Shown here: piece by piece, positions 18,542 to 26,249 of the stretch
How the letters are laid out: every line of letters starts with the position of its first letter
Numbering within the stretch: the stretch's first letter is position 1
Source: a virus
Lineage: Duplodnaviria; Heunggongvirae; Uroviricota; Caudoviricetes
Direction: 5' to 3' (one strand)
IMG/VR virus record: IMGVR_UViG_3300045988_033906
Location: 1 to 31,280 of that record
Length of the DNA: 31,280 nucleotides
Notes under the pieces: generated by a model
Seen by the model: the letters and a program-made list of their open reading frames with translations, nothing else
Told to the model about the DNA's origin: nothing
Database searches by the model: none
Position numbers and translations under genes: made by a program

Positions 18542-18864
18542 CACTCACCTCCGTTACCGTACAGAGTTTCAGCCGCTGATTTTTCTACATCCCCGGAAAC
18601 AGGAGCGATCGCCATATCAGTGATCTGCAGATCGGCGCTGCGATTAACGCCATCGTCAGTTTCTCTGGCAGACAGGCCTCGAATAACAGCCTTTGCAGTT
18701 ATCATCACTTCTGTTCCGACGCCCTGAGGTTGCGCCTTCAGCTTATTCAATGTGTCGTTATTAAGAGTGATGCACAGCCCCCACGGGTATTCATCGCGAG
18801 TTCTGGTTTCTCCGCTCTCATCCTGGTAGCTGTCAGTGCCGGTTTTGAGGTTTACGAGTTCCAT
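18541..18864 (-). CDS. hypothetical virion-module protein
   Basis: ORF-track start 18870 is GTG; ATG at 18864 has RBS AGGAG 6 nt upstream; 107 aa; no homolog recognised. Confidence 0.5.
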   Translation of the reverse strand: MELVNLKTGTDSYQDESGETRTRDEYPWGLCITLNNDTLNKLKAQPQGVGTEVMITAKAVIRGLSARETDDGVNRSADLQITDMAIAPVSGDVEKSAAETLYGNGGE

Positions 18865-18882
18865 ATACACTCCTGCAATAAA

Positions 18883-18896
18883 GGGGCCGAAGCCCC
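18883..18896 (-). terminator. short GC hairpin with UUCG loop followed by U-tract (possible attenuating terminator after capsid genes)
   Basis: On minus strand GGGGC TTCG GCCCC then TTTATTG; located between the 111-aa gene stop and the next RBS. Stem is only 5 bp, so weak. Confidence 0.3.
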
Positions 18897-18914
18897 TTGT
18901 CTGATCCGCGAGGC

Positions 18915-19250
18915 TTACACGCCCAGTTCTTTACGCTTATCTGCGATCTTCTCGCGGAGCGTTTCGGCTTTGGCGTTATGGTGTGGCTTCTCGTTAAAGA
19001 GCAATTCGTACTCTTCACGGAGCTTATCCAGTTCACCATCATCTGACACATCGTTGATGATTTTGGTGCTGGTTGCTGCCATTGACACCTTTCCTGCAAC
19101 TTTTGCTTTTGCCTGTCTGGCTGCATCGTTAACAGGTTCCAGTGCGCTACCAGGCTCACCTTCGTATTCGATTTCTGCCCCCTCCGGCCACAGAGTGTTA
19201 TGGATATGAGAGAGGCGCAGAACGCGGTATCTTGGTTTCTCACCTGACAT
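18915..19250 (-). CDS. hypothetical virion-module protein
   Basis: ORF-track start 19259 is GTG; ATG at 19250 has RBS AAGGTGA; 111 aa, acidic, no homolog recognised. Confidence 0.5.
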   Translation of the reverse strand: MSGEKPRYRVLRLSHIHNTLWPEGAEIEYEGEPGSALEPVNDAARQAKAKVAGKVSMAATSTKIINDVSDDGELDKLREEYELLFNEKPHHNAKAETLREKIADKRKELGV

Positions 19251-19260
19251 CGATATCACC

Positions 19261-19698
19261 TTAACCAGTTACTTTTGAGCGGATCGGATACGGCGTATTG
19301 GCATCAACATCAAGACTGATACCAGCAGTGAATTCGCCAGCCGTTAGTGGGCCAGTTGCGACGGAGTAGTTAACACGCAGATATCGCTGAACACCGGCAG
19401 GCACCTTTGCAGAAACAACTCGTTTACCTGCTGTCAGGGCGGTCTTTGCCAGTGCGCCACTATCATAAATAGTGGTCCATGAGCTGTTATTCTCACTCGT
19501 CTGCAACTGGATGTTTACAGTTGCATCACCGCTTGCCGCGGCGGCTGTGTTAACCAGCGCCCAAAACTCAAGCGGGTAACCCACGCCGATATCACGACGT
19601 TTTCCGTCAATTGGACCGAGATCGATTACGTCAGTAGAAGCCGCGGTATTCGTAACCGCCTGAGCTTCGGAGAACATCAACAGTTTGTCGGTGATCAT
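19261..19698 (-). CDS. putative capsid decoration / cement protein
   Basis: 145 aa, Ala/Thr/Gly-rich beta-type composition; RBS GGAGAAAG; immediately downstream of the major capsid gene (position-based call). Confidence 0.45.
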   Translation of the reverse strand: MITDKLLMFSEAQAVTNTAASTDVIDLGPIDGKRRDIGVGYPLEFWALVNTAAAASGDATVNIQLQTSENNSSWTTIYDSGALAKTALTAGKRVVSAKVPAGVQRYLRVNYSVATGPLTAGEFTAGISLDVDANTPYPIRSKVTG

Positions 19699-19749
19699 CT
19701 TCTTTCTCCATTAGTGGGTCTGTTACGACCCACAGGTTAATAACAGGCG

Positions 19750-20742
19750 TTACACCACGCGGGCTTCTGTTTCCAGAAGCGCATCAGTCTCACGGATTGG
19801 TACACCACGGAATGAAGTCCACCACTCGCCTTCTGTCTCTTTTACGCTGATCGCCAGAGATGTTTTCTCCAGAGATTGCAGATCAAGAGCCTGGCCTACA
19901 GTGCGGTTCATGTAGAACACCGGGCGGCCCATGCCACGGTTTGGAATGCGATGCAGTGCTTTAACCATCAACTTCGCAATATTTGCTGCAGAGGAAGGTT
20001 CTGAAAGATTGCTGACATCGATGTTTGCAATGCGAACGACATAACGCCAGTCACGCAGAGCAAGTCCGTTATCCCATTTGTAATGGGTACGGTAGCCTTC
20101 GTACTTGCCGCCATTAGCATCTTCCAGTGTCACCTGGCCTTTATCTTCCATCTGAATGCCAGCCTTCTGCCCTTTCGGGAAGATGCCATGCACGGTGTTT
20201 TCGCCCCACACCACTAACCAGATTGAGGTGTTATCTGTACCCGTGCCACCAGCATCAATGATGTTCTGAGCATTACCCGCAGACAGGCTGGAATAGCGGG
20301 AGGACAGTCCCATAAACTGCTGAGGGTTAACGCTGGAATCACCATAAAACAGCGTCTGCGCCATCTGCTGATTCATCGCTTCAATAAATGCGCGGTCTTC
20401 AGACAGGCGGAATTCGGCGGTATTGCCGTTCAGATCAGCCAGTGACTTATCGACTTCAGCATAGGTTTCCAGCATGCCAACGGAATCGGTTACCTGCACT
20501 GTGGTTGATTTGCTTGGCTGTACGCCATAGTTCAGCAAACGCCAGGTAGCTGAAGGTAAACCAGAACGAATGGTGGTTCGGTGTCCGGTAGGAAGGTTCC
20601 CTTCGACAAAAGGCATATCCTGAAGGATCGGGTTAGTTTGACCGAGAAGCTCGATAATCTTATCGACTTTCCCGTTTGGATCGACGCGCTTACCCCAGTC
20701 AGCCAGCGTTAGCGCAGTTAAGCCTTTAACAGCCATTGTCAT
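19750..20742 (-). CDS. major capsid protein
   Basis: 330 aa; strong RBS GAGAGGAA; directly after scaffolding gene and before decoration gene; size and order typical of podovirus major capsid proteins. Confidence 0.8.
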   Translation of the reverse strand: MTMAVKGLTALTLADWGKRVDPNGKVDKIIELLGQTNPILQDMPFVEGNLPTGHRTTIRSGLPSATWRLLNYGVQPSKSTTVQVTDSVGMLETYAEVDKSLADLNGNTAEFRLSEDRAFIEAMNQQMAQTLFYGDSSVNPQQFMGLSSRYSSLSAGNAQNIIDAGGTGTDNTSIWLVVWGENTVHGIFPKGQKAGIQMEDKGQVTLEDANGGKYEGYRTHYKWDNGLALRDWRYVVRIANIDVSNLSEPSSAANIAKLMVKALHRIPNRGMGRPVFYMNRTVGQALDLQSLEKTSLAISVKETEGEWWTSFRGVPIRETDALLETEARVV

Positions 20743-20750
20743 TTCCTCTC

Positions 20751-21446
20751 TTATTTGCCATAGAGCACTTCGGCCGCACTACGCTGGCCTTCATTACCAC
20801 CGGTGACCATGCCATCTTCAGACATCGCCTTTCCGATTTTCACGAACGTCTTGACCAGATCAGGGTGATTACCCAGTCCGGTGGTGTTCAGATATTCTTT
20901 GAGCTCAGGTGTCCCGAACTGGTCAAGCGCACGCTGCGCGGCGCTAAGGTTAGAAATCAACTTGTCGCCACCGATTTCTTTGTCAGCTTTTACATCAGCA
21001 GCCCACTGCTCGGTTGTTTTCTGCCAGGCGTCTGCCTGGCGCTGCTGAACACCTGCCAGAATCTTCGGATAAGCATCAACCAGCTTTTGCGCTTGCTCGT
21101 TGGTCAGGTTTAGTTCTCGCGCCACCGGCTCGAATTCCTTCAACGCTTCTGTATCCAGCTCTACGCCTTCGGCAGCCTGAAACTCGTACTTCTCAGGCGC
21201 ACCCTCTGGTTTATCGCCGTCCTTTTTTTCATCCTGCTTATCGTTTTCAGGCTTTTTGTCAGCAGCAGGTTTATCACCATCAGCAACAGGTTGTGGCTTA
21301 TCACCTTCCTGTTGTGATGGATCACCAACTGGAGCAGGGTTATCACCTGCAGGCGCTGACGGTTCTGACGCAGCCGGAGCTGCTCCACCATCGACTGGTT
21401 GCTCATTGCAAAGACGGCTATACAGCAAACGCTCAAATAAATTCAT
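20751..21446 (-). CDS. scaffolding protein
   Basis: ORF-track start 21452 is GTG; ATG 21446 has RBS AGGAG. Pro/Ala/Asp-rich low-complexity N-terminus then helical charged region, between portal and capsid genes. Confidence 0.7.
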   Translation of the reverse strand: MNLFERLLYSRLCNEQPVDGGAAPAASEPSAPAGDNPAPVGDPSQQEGDKPQPVADGDKPAADKKPENDKQDEKKDGDKPEGAPEKYEFQAAEGVELDTEALKEFEPVARELNLTNEQAQKLVDAYPKILAGVQQRQADAWQKTTEQWAADVKADKEIGGDKLISNLSAAQRALDQFGTPELKEYLNTTGLGNHPDLVKTFVKIGKAMSEDGMVTGGNEGQRSAAEVLYGK

Positions 21447-21448
21447 GA

Positions 21449-21745
21449 TCACTCCTGTTCACTGGCCTCTTTGGCCATCTTCAAATACTGTTCAGGGCAA
21501 TGCGCCATAACGCGCTGAAACAGTTCCAGAGCCAGATTGCGTTGCCCCTCATTAAATGCCATTGCCATAGCGTCCATCGGCGAGATAGCGGAAAACACAC
21601 GGCCTTTCTCCAGTACCGACCAGACAACCCGACGCCCCTGTTCACAGCTCATGACAAAGCGAATGTCATCAATTTCACGCTGTGCCATGTCACGTTGCTT
21701 ACGGGCGTTTTCTTCTTTCAGTTGATCGTCTTCGTAATCTGTCAT
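21449..21745 (-). CDS. hypothetical small protein between portal and scaffold
   Basis: 98 aa; ATG overlaps portal stop (ATGA); charged helical protein; no function recognised. Confidence 0.5.
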   Translation of the reverse strand: MTDYEDDQLKEENARKQRDMAQREIDDIRFVMSCEQGRRVVWSVLEKGRVFSAISPMDAMAMAFNEGQRNLALELFQRVMAHCPEQYLKMAKEASEQE

Positions 21746-23421
21746 TGTGATTGCCCACCCTGACCACTAACTGCATTCGCCATAGCTGACAAAACACTCG
21801 GATCCGAAGTTTTAGCTTCGCTTAGCGTCTTGGCACCCTGTGCCGCCGCCATCCCCATCGCCATCATTTGTTGCTGCTGTTGCTGCTGTGCCCGTTGCTG
21901 GCGAGCCTGCTCAACCTGTTCCTGCGGAACAATGACGGTTGGAGACACTCCGGACATATCAGCGAATGCATCGATCGCCTGATCAACGTTGAGTTTGTCG
22001 AGAGCTTCTGGTTTCGCTTGCGCAAGTTGACCAATGAAGTTGACCGTGGATGCCAGACTGGACAGGCCGATAGACTTCTGCGCCTGAGCCATGACGGAAA
22101 TGTATTCGACCTTCAGGGGCATACCTTCCATCGCGTCAGGCGGTGGCGGCAGCATGTTTTTACGCACCATCATCGAGAAAGCGCGGTCAATGAGAGGATT
22201 AAGACATTCGTCGTTCAGACGCTCCAGAACCGGCCCCAACATCAGAAGTTTTTCTTCTTTCATTTCGATCACCGCTTCAACAGGCATCGAGCGGGTATTG
22301 ATGTTCTGCAACATCATGAACAGATCGACAAAGTAGGCGCTGTTAATGATTTGACGAGTGTCCTGAATGTCTGCCACCAAATCTGCTGTACTGGGGTTAA
22401 CCAGATAAGCAGGCCTGAAACCATCCTGACCAGTAATCTGATCGATATACGTGATGTCGCCAGGAAGAAGGGAGGCGCGCTGATTCTTGAGGGAAGTCGG
22501 AGCAACCATCGGCGGATTGGTGGCTTTATCAATCAACTGCGACTTGCGCTTCTGGAGAAGCTGCAATGCCTTAACAGGTCCAAGCGCCAGCATACCCGGG
22601 CATGATGATCCATAAACATCTTCGCCGTTAACTTCCCAGCGCGGAGCCATAATTGGAAACTCATCGAATCCGGACTCACGCAACAACTTGTCGTTATCGC
22701 CACCAACCTCGTAATAAACCGATTTGAATGGCTTGTTCTTGCTATCCAGCTTCGATGTATCGCGGTCAATGTTCGGGTAAACCGAATGCATCACTTCAAT
22801 CCACTTCTCGTAGGTGCCGCTTTCCCACATGCTTTTTACGGATTCGCTGACGTTATTTAGTCCGAATTCCTGAACAAGCTGACGAACAGTCATAGATAAC
22901 TTGCGAAAACAGGTGTCCACACTGCCACGAGGTGAGTTAGCCAGGTAGTAACTGCCTATCGGGAATGGCATTGTGCGAATGATGTCCTCGTCATCCTCCA
23001 GCACCGCCATTGCACCAGTGCTGTATGTGCCGAGGCTTCCGTATAACTGCGGCAGCGACTGATAGAGATTCGACTTATTGAACATATCGTTCATACGGTT
23101 CTGCACCGCCTCAAGCCACAACTTAACAGGGCCATAATCCATCATTTCAGGATCTGGCGTAGCCAGGCGAAACCACGGACGCGCGGGGCTTGTGATGCCT
23201 GACATCATGCCGCTGGCGAGAGTGCGCGCCGCCATAGTCCCGGTCGAATCAATAATGCGTGTATTGCGTCGATCGTTACGGTTGACCTCAGAAGTCAGAA
23301 AGCGGGAACCACGCGGGTTGATGTAATCACTCAACTCGCGCCAGTGCGGCTCGAACGACTGACGCTCGCTTTCAAGTTGTGCGAACTGTTTGTTCAATCG
23401 CTCTTTAGTTGTTTCCGCCAT
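21742..23421 (-). CDS. portal (head-tail connector) protein
   Basis: 559 aa; RBS GGAG; follows terminase in the late operon; size and position match podovirus portal proteins; C-terminus Gln/Ala-rich. Confidence 0.85.
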   Translation of the reverse strand: MAETTKERLNKQFAQLESERQSFEPHWRELSDYINPRGSRFLTSEVNRNDRRNTRIIDSTGTMAARTLASGMMSGITSPARPWFRLATPDPEMMDYGPVKLWLEAVQNRMNDMFNKSNLYQSLPQLYGSLGTYSTGAMAVLEDDEDIIRTMPFPIGSYYLANSPRGSVDTCFRKLSMTVRQLVQEFGLNNVSESVKSMWESGTYEKWIEVMHSVYPNIDRDTSKLDSKNKPFKSVYYEVGGDNDKLLRESGFDEFPIMAPRWEVNGEDVYGSSCPGMLALGPVKALQLLQKRKSQLIDKATNPPMVAPTSLKNQRASLLPGDITYIDQITGQDGFRPAYLVNPSTADLVADIQDTRQIINSAYFVDLFMMLQNINTRSMPVEAVIEMKEEKLLMLGPVLERLNDECLNPLIDRAFSMMVRKNMLPPPPDAMEGMPLKVEYISVMAQAQKSIGLSSLASTVNFIGQLAQAKPEALDKLNVDQAIDAFADMSGVSPTVIVPQEQVEQARQQRAQQQQQQQMMAMGMAAAQGAKTLSEAKTSDPSVLSAMANAVSGQGGQSQ

Positions 23422-23435
23422 TTCAATGACTCCGG

Positions 23436-23642
23436 TTACTGACCAAGCAGCGTTTTACCGCTGGTATTAGCGGTTGATGTGTCGCCCTGAGAACCGGTAA
23501 GCAGCGTAGAACTACGACCAGCAGCAGCGCGACGGCGACGAGTTTCTTCGTCGCGGGCATCAACAACGGCGGCATCCTGCTCCTGTGGTGCTGCCTGAAC
23601 TTCTGGTGTTGCAGGCACTGATGGTGAGCTACCCATGCACAT
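23436..23642 (-). CDS. hypothetical small acidic protein upstream of portal
   Basis: 68 aa; its RBS/start context (GGAGTCATTGATATG) is nearly identical to the portal start context (GGAGTCATTGAAATG) 220 nt downstream; low-complexity sequence, so weak. Confidence 0.35.
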   Translation of the reverse strand: MCMGSSPSVPATPEVQAAPQEQDAAVVDARDEETRRRRAAAGRSSTLLTGSQGDTSTANTSGKTLLGQ

Positions 23643-23732
23643 ATCAATGACTCCGTACGCAATTAAATTATTACCAATTTAACCACATATGATTTATTTA
23701 TCGTAGACAGTTGACATTTAACGCACAAATTA

Positions 23733-23747
23733 TTACCTTTCAGGTAA
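23733..23747. promoter_or_regulatory. inverted repeat TTACC-N5-GGTAA (copy B), with TTGACA 17 bp upstream
   Basis: ATTACCTTTCAGGTAAG at 23732-23748 matches copy A (ATTACCTTTCTGGTAAT) at 15 of 17 positions; TTGACA at 23711-23716; lies upstream of the tRNA on the same strand. Confidence 0.35.
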
Positions 23748-24069
23748 GCAAAGGGTTCATTCCGGTTATTAACCTGACTGGCTTGTCGTTAAATTGAACA
23801 GGTGGAGTGAACTTTTATTTTGAGCAGTACGGCGTATGGCACATGCGCCGATAGCGGTCTGGATACGTTTAAGGGGCATCCTCCCTTGCTCGGGCAAACG
23901 AACCAGGTAGCCGGAATGTGCAAGTCGAGCGGTTTTATTCCGCGCACGGGGATTCACCATCCCGGCGATTCGGTGTGACGCCTCGGAAGAGACGAGGGTA
24001 CAACGATGAGAGCATTTATGGAGCCGCGACAAAGTGTGGCGCCTTAACAGGCTAAGTGCTCTCAGCGTT

Positions 24070-24146
24070 GTGGCATTAGCTCAGCTGGACAGAGCAACCG
24101 CCTTCTAAGCGGTTGGTCGCAGGTTCGAATCCTGCATGCCACGCCA
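24070..24146 (+). tRNA. tRNA-Arg (anticodon UCU), phage-encoded
   Basis: Hand-folded cloverleaf: acceptor GTGGCAT/ATGCCAC (7 bp), D-stem GCTC/GAGC, anticodon stem ACCGC/GCGGT with loop CTTCTAA (anticodon TCT), T-stem GCAGG/CCTGC with loop TTCGAAT, discriminator G, encoded CCA. Confidence 0.85.
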
Positions 24147-24189
24147 GAATCACGCCTGAGGACCGTGATGCCAGAAGTTCCAGGTGCTT

Positions 24190-24233
24190 GGCGGTGATGG
24201 TTTCCCTTGAAGGACTATCACCGCCCTTTTTAC
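24190..24233 (+). terminator. rho-independent terminator downstream of tRNA
   Basis: GGCGGTGAT (24190-24198) pairs with ATCACCGCC (24217-24225), followed by CTTTTTAC. Confidence 0.6.
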
Positions 24234-24261
24234 AGCAGGACGCCATTGCGATGACTTCATG

Positions 24262-24277
24262 CTGTAAACCAGTACAG
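24262..24277 (+). promoter_or_regulatory. possible second LexA box (CTGT-N8-ACAG)
   Basis: CTGTAAACCAGTACAG; fits the CTGT-N8-ACAG core but the spacer is less AT-rich than consensus; about 70 bp upstream of the Gp49-like gene. Confidence 0.3.
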
Positions 24278-24309
24278 CCACGGAAGGCATAACTCATTGC
24301 TTCCAGTTC

Positions 24310-24333
24310 GCCCGGTTCGCCGGGCATTTTTTT
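24310..24333 (+). terminator. rho-independent terminator / attenuator abutting the RBS of the next gene
   Basis: GCCCGG TTCG CCGGGC then ATTTTTTTAA; the T-run runs directly into RBS AAGGTGAG of the 24345 gene. Confidence 0.55.
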
Positions 24334-24344
24334 AAGGTGAGATT

Positions 24345-24683
24345 ATGAACGACCAGCAAATCGAAAAAGAAATCGTTGAGAAAGGCAAAACCGCTCCGCG
24401 AGTTACGCCAGACCATATCGAAAGCATTATTCTTGCGGAAACGTACTTCACTGCTGCTGATGGAGCTATTGCAACTGGCGATGACTATCACGACAGTTTG
24501 GCTCTGCTGACATTTTGTGTATTGACTCTACAAAATGGCTTCACCGTCACCGGTGAAAGCGCCTGCGCCAGTCCTGAAAACTTTGATGCAGAAATTGGTC
24601 GGAAGATTGCCCGGCAAAATGCTGTAAACAAAATCTGGATGCTCGAAGGTTACTTGCTGAAGCAGAAGTTAAGCGAGCAATAA
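24345..24683 (+). CDS. phage Gp49/Sf6-gp66-like family protein (function unknown)
   Basis: 112 aa; RBS AAGGTGAG; conserved block LTFCVLTLQNGFTVTGESACASPENFDAEIGRKIARQNAVNKIWMLEGYLL recalled from this prophage protein family; opposite strand to the flanking terminase and portal genes. Confidence 0.55.
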   Translation: MNDQQIEKEIVEKGKTAPRVTPDHIESIILAETYFTAADGAIATGDDYHDSLALLTFCVLTLQNGFTVTGESACASPENFDAEIGRKIARQNAVNKIWMLEGYLLKQKLSEQ

Positions 24684-24687
24684 CACC

Positions 24688-24699
24688 GTGACATGTCAC
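24688..24699. repeat. 12-bp perfect palindrome GTGACATGTCAC, copy 2 of 3
   Basis: Lies 4 nt after the stop codon of the Gp49-like gene and just before a terminator hairpin, the same stop-palindrome-hairpin arrangement as copy 1. Confidence 0.5.
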
Positions 24700-24703
24700 A
24701 AAC

Positions 24704-24733
24704 AGCCAGCCGATGAGCTGGCTTTGTTTTATC
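24704..24733 (+). terminator. rho-independent terminator
   Basis: AGCCAGC (24704-24710) / GCTGGCT (24717-24723), loop CGATGA, then TTGTTTTAT. Confidence 0.55.
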
Positions 24734-24773
24734 CTCACCAGAGGATATCAGCAGCATTATCCCCTCCAGAGGA

Positions 24774-26249
24774 TTAAGCATAGGGATCGTAATCTGTAAT
24801 GGCCTTGCCTTGCTGGTTCTGCTGACCGGGAATTCGCAGACGCTTCGACACCGGGAAAGCAAACGTCAGCAGTAGCGCATCGCCTTTACCCGGCGAACGC
24901 CCAAGCCGCTCCTTGATATCTTCCTTCGGTTCGATAACGATTTTACCGTCCACGCGAACTTTGTACTCTGCCGCCGACAGTTCGTCCGCTGTTTCCTGGT
25001 CATCCAGCATGCCGCCCAGCCTCAGCCATGTCTTGCATGCATTGAACATCTCCCCACGCTTGTTAAGCATCTGCGGGTCAGTGGACGCACCACCGAACGG
25101 AACAAGTTGCCATGTGCGCCCCCAACCGTCACCGATTGACTTCAGCCCGGTACCGTAACCGAAGTCGATGAACACCGCGTCAGCCTGATACTGGTCTTCA
25201 AAGTCAGCGATACGCTTTGCCATAATCAGATCGTCAGTGGTCTTGTTGCCGGTCCACAGCACCTTACTGTGCAGCCCCTGCCGCAGGTATATCACCGCGT
25301 CATCAACACCGGAGTATGCAGGGTCAACGCCGATTATCACCGGAGCATGTGCCACCTGCGCAGCAGTTACCACCCGTTTCATTGCCTCGTCAGTAAGACC
25401 GGTAGGGATAAACTGCAATTCAGATGCATCAGGGAATATGCCGCGCACACGGATTTTAACGAAGTCGCTGTCTTCCCCGTAGTCATCAACCCATTTCTGC
25501 AACTGCTGTTTGTTGGTGCCTTCCACCGTCCGGCTGTCAATCTGCGCAGTTTTCCAGCGGTGTTTATATTTGCGGAAACATTCGCGGAAACGCCCGGTAT
25601 TACGCGTCGGGTTCCCGAACGCCACCCAGATGATTTCGGTGTCTTCGTCCGTCAGCGCACCCTCTGCTACCTCCCACACCAGATCGGCAATGTTGGATGC
25701 TTCGTCGAAAACCACGATGATGCGTTTGCGCTCGTTGTGTAGTCCGGCGAATGCCTCAGTGTTGTGCTCAGACCAGGGGATTGCGTCAGCTCGCCACCGC
25801 TTGTCGTGCCCATGGTCATTGCTGTACATCGCGGTAGCGGTACAGGTAAACCAGTCTTTCGTGATAGCAAGGTTCGACCACTTGATAATTTCCGGCCAGG
25901 TCTTCGTTCGTAGTTGGTTGTCGGTATTGGCGGTCACCACGACCTTACAATCCTCGCAAGTGGACATGCCCCAGTTGATCAGCATTGAGATGAATGCGGA
26001 TTTACCAATACCGTGACCCGAAGCACGTGCCAGCATAAGCGGCTGATAGCGCGTCTCTGGATTCTGCAGGTGATCACGTATCTCTCGGAACGCATCGGCC
26101 TGCCACTGACGTGGGCCGGTAGCATGTGCCAGTTCAGTCCCCTCTTCCCCCCACGGGAACGCATAGAGGGCATAACCAAGCGGATCGTGAGTAAACCCTG
26201 CAATATCCTCGATCAACTGCTCTTCAGGAGATAACGCTGCATCTGTCAC
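24774..26249 (-). CDS. terminase large subunit
   Basis: 491 aa; Walker A-like ARASGHGIGKS, Walker B-like IIVVFDEA, C-terminal nuclease-type region (IIGVDPAYSG...); GTG start overlapping TerS stop (GTGA). Confidence 0.9.
   Translation of the reverse strand: MTDAALSPEEQLIEDIAGFTHDPLGYALYAFPWGEEGTELAHATGPRQWQADAFREIRDHLQNPETRYQPLMLARASGHGIGKSAFISMLINWGMSTCEDCKVVVTANTDNQLRTKTWPEIIKWSNLAITKDWFTCTATAMYSNDHGHDKRWRADAIPWSEHNTEAFAGLHNERKRIIVVFDEASNIADLVWEVAEGALTDEDTEIIWVAFGNPTRNTGRFRECFRKYKHRWKTAQIDSRTVEGTNKQQLQKWVDDYGEDSDFVKIRVRGIFPDASELQFIPTGLTDEAMKRVVTAAQVAHAPVIIGVDPAYSGVDDAVIYLRQGLHSKVLWTGNKTTDDLIMAKRIADFEDQYQADAVFIDFGYGTGLKSIGDGWGRTWQLVPFGGASTDPQMLNKRGEMFNACKTWLRLGGMLDDQETADELSAAEYKVRVDGKIVIEPKEDIKERLGRSPGKGDALLLTFAFPVSKRLRIPGQQNQQGKAITDYDPYA

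Noticed and set aside
17493-18727. Long + strand ORFs (17493-18182, 229 aa; 18002-18727, 241 aa) and similar ones at 8652-9113, 13875-14402, 21868-22605, 25510-26016
   Set aside because: All lie antisense inside well-supported minus-strand structural or terminase genes, lack RBSs, and have Arg/Cys/Ser-rich junk-like composition typical of shadow ORFs.
23769-24032. Minus-strand 87-aa ORF in the spacer upstream of the tRNA
   Set aside because: Starts at TTG with no RBS, Arg/His-rich low-complexity product; region is better explained as structured non-coding sequence.
24070-24146. tRNA-Arg as the prophage integration site (attachment-site tRNA)
   Set aside because: It is embedded between terminase and portal genes with no integrase or direct repeat nearby, so it is a phage-carried tRNA rather than a host att tRNA.
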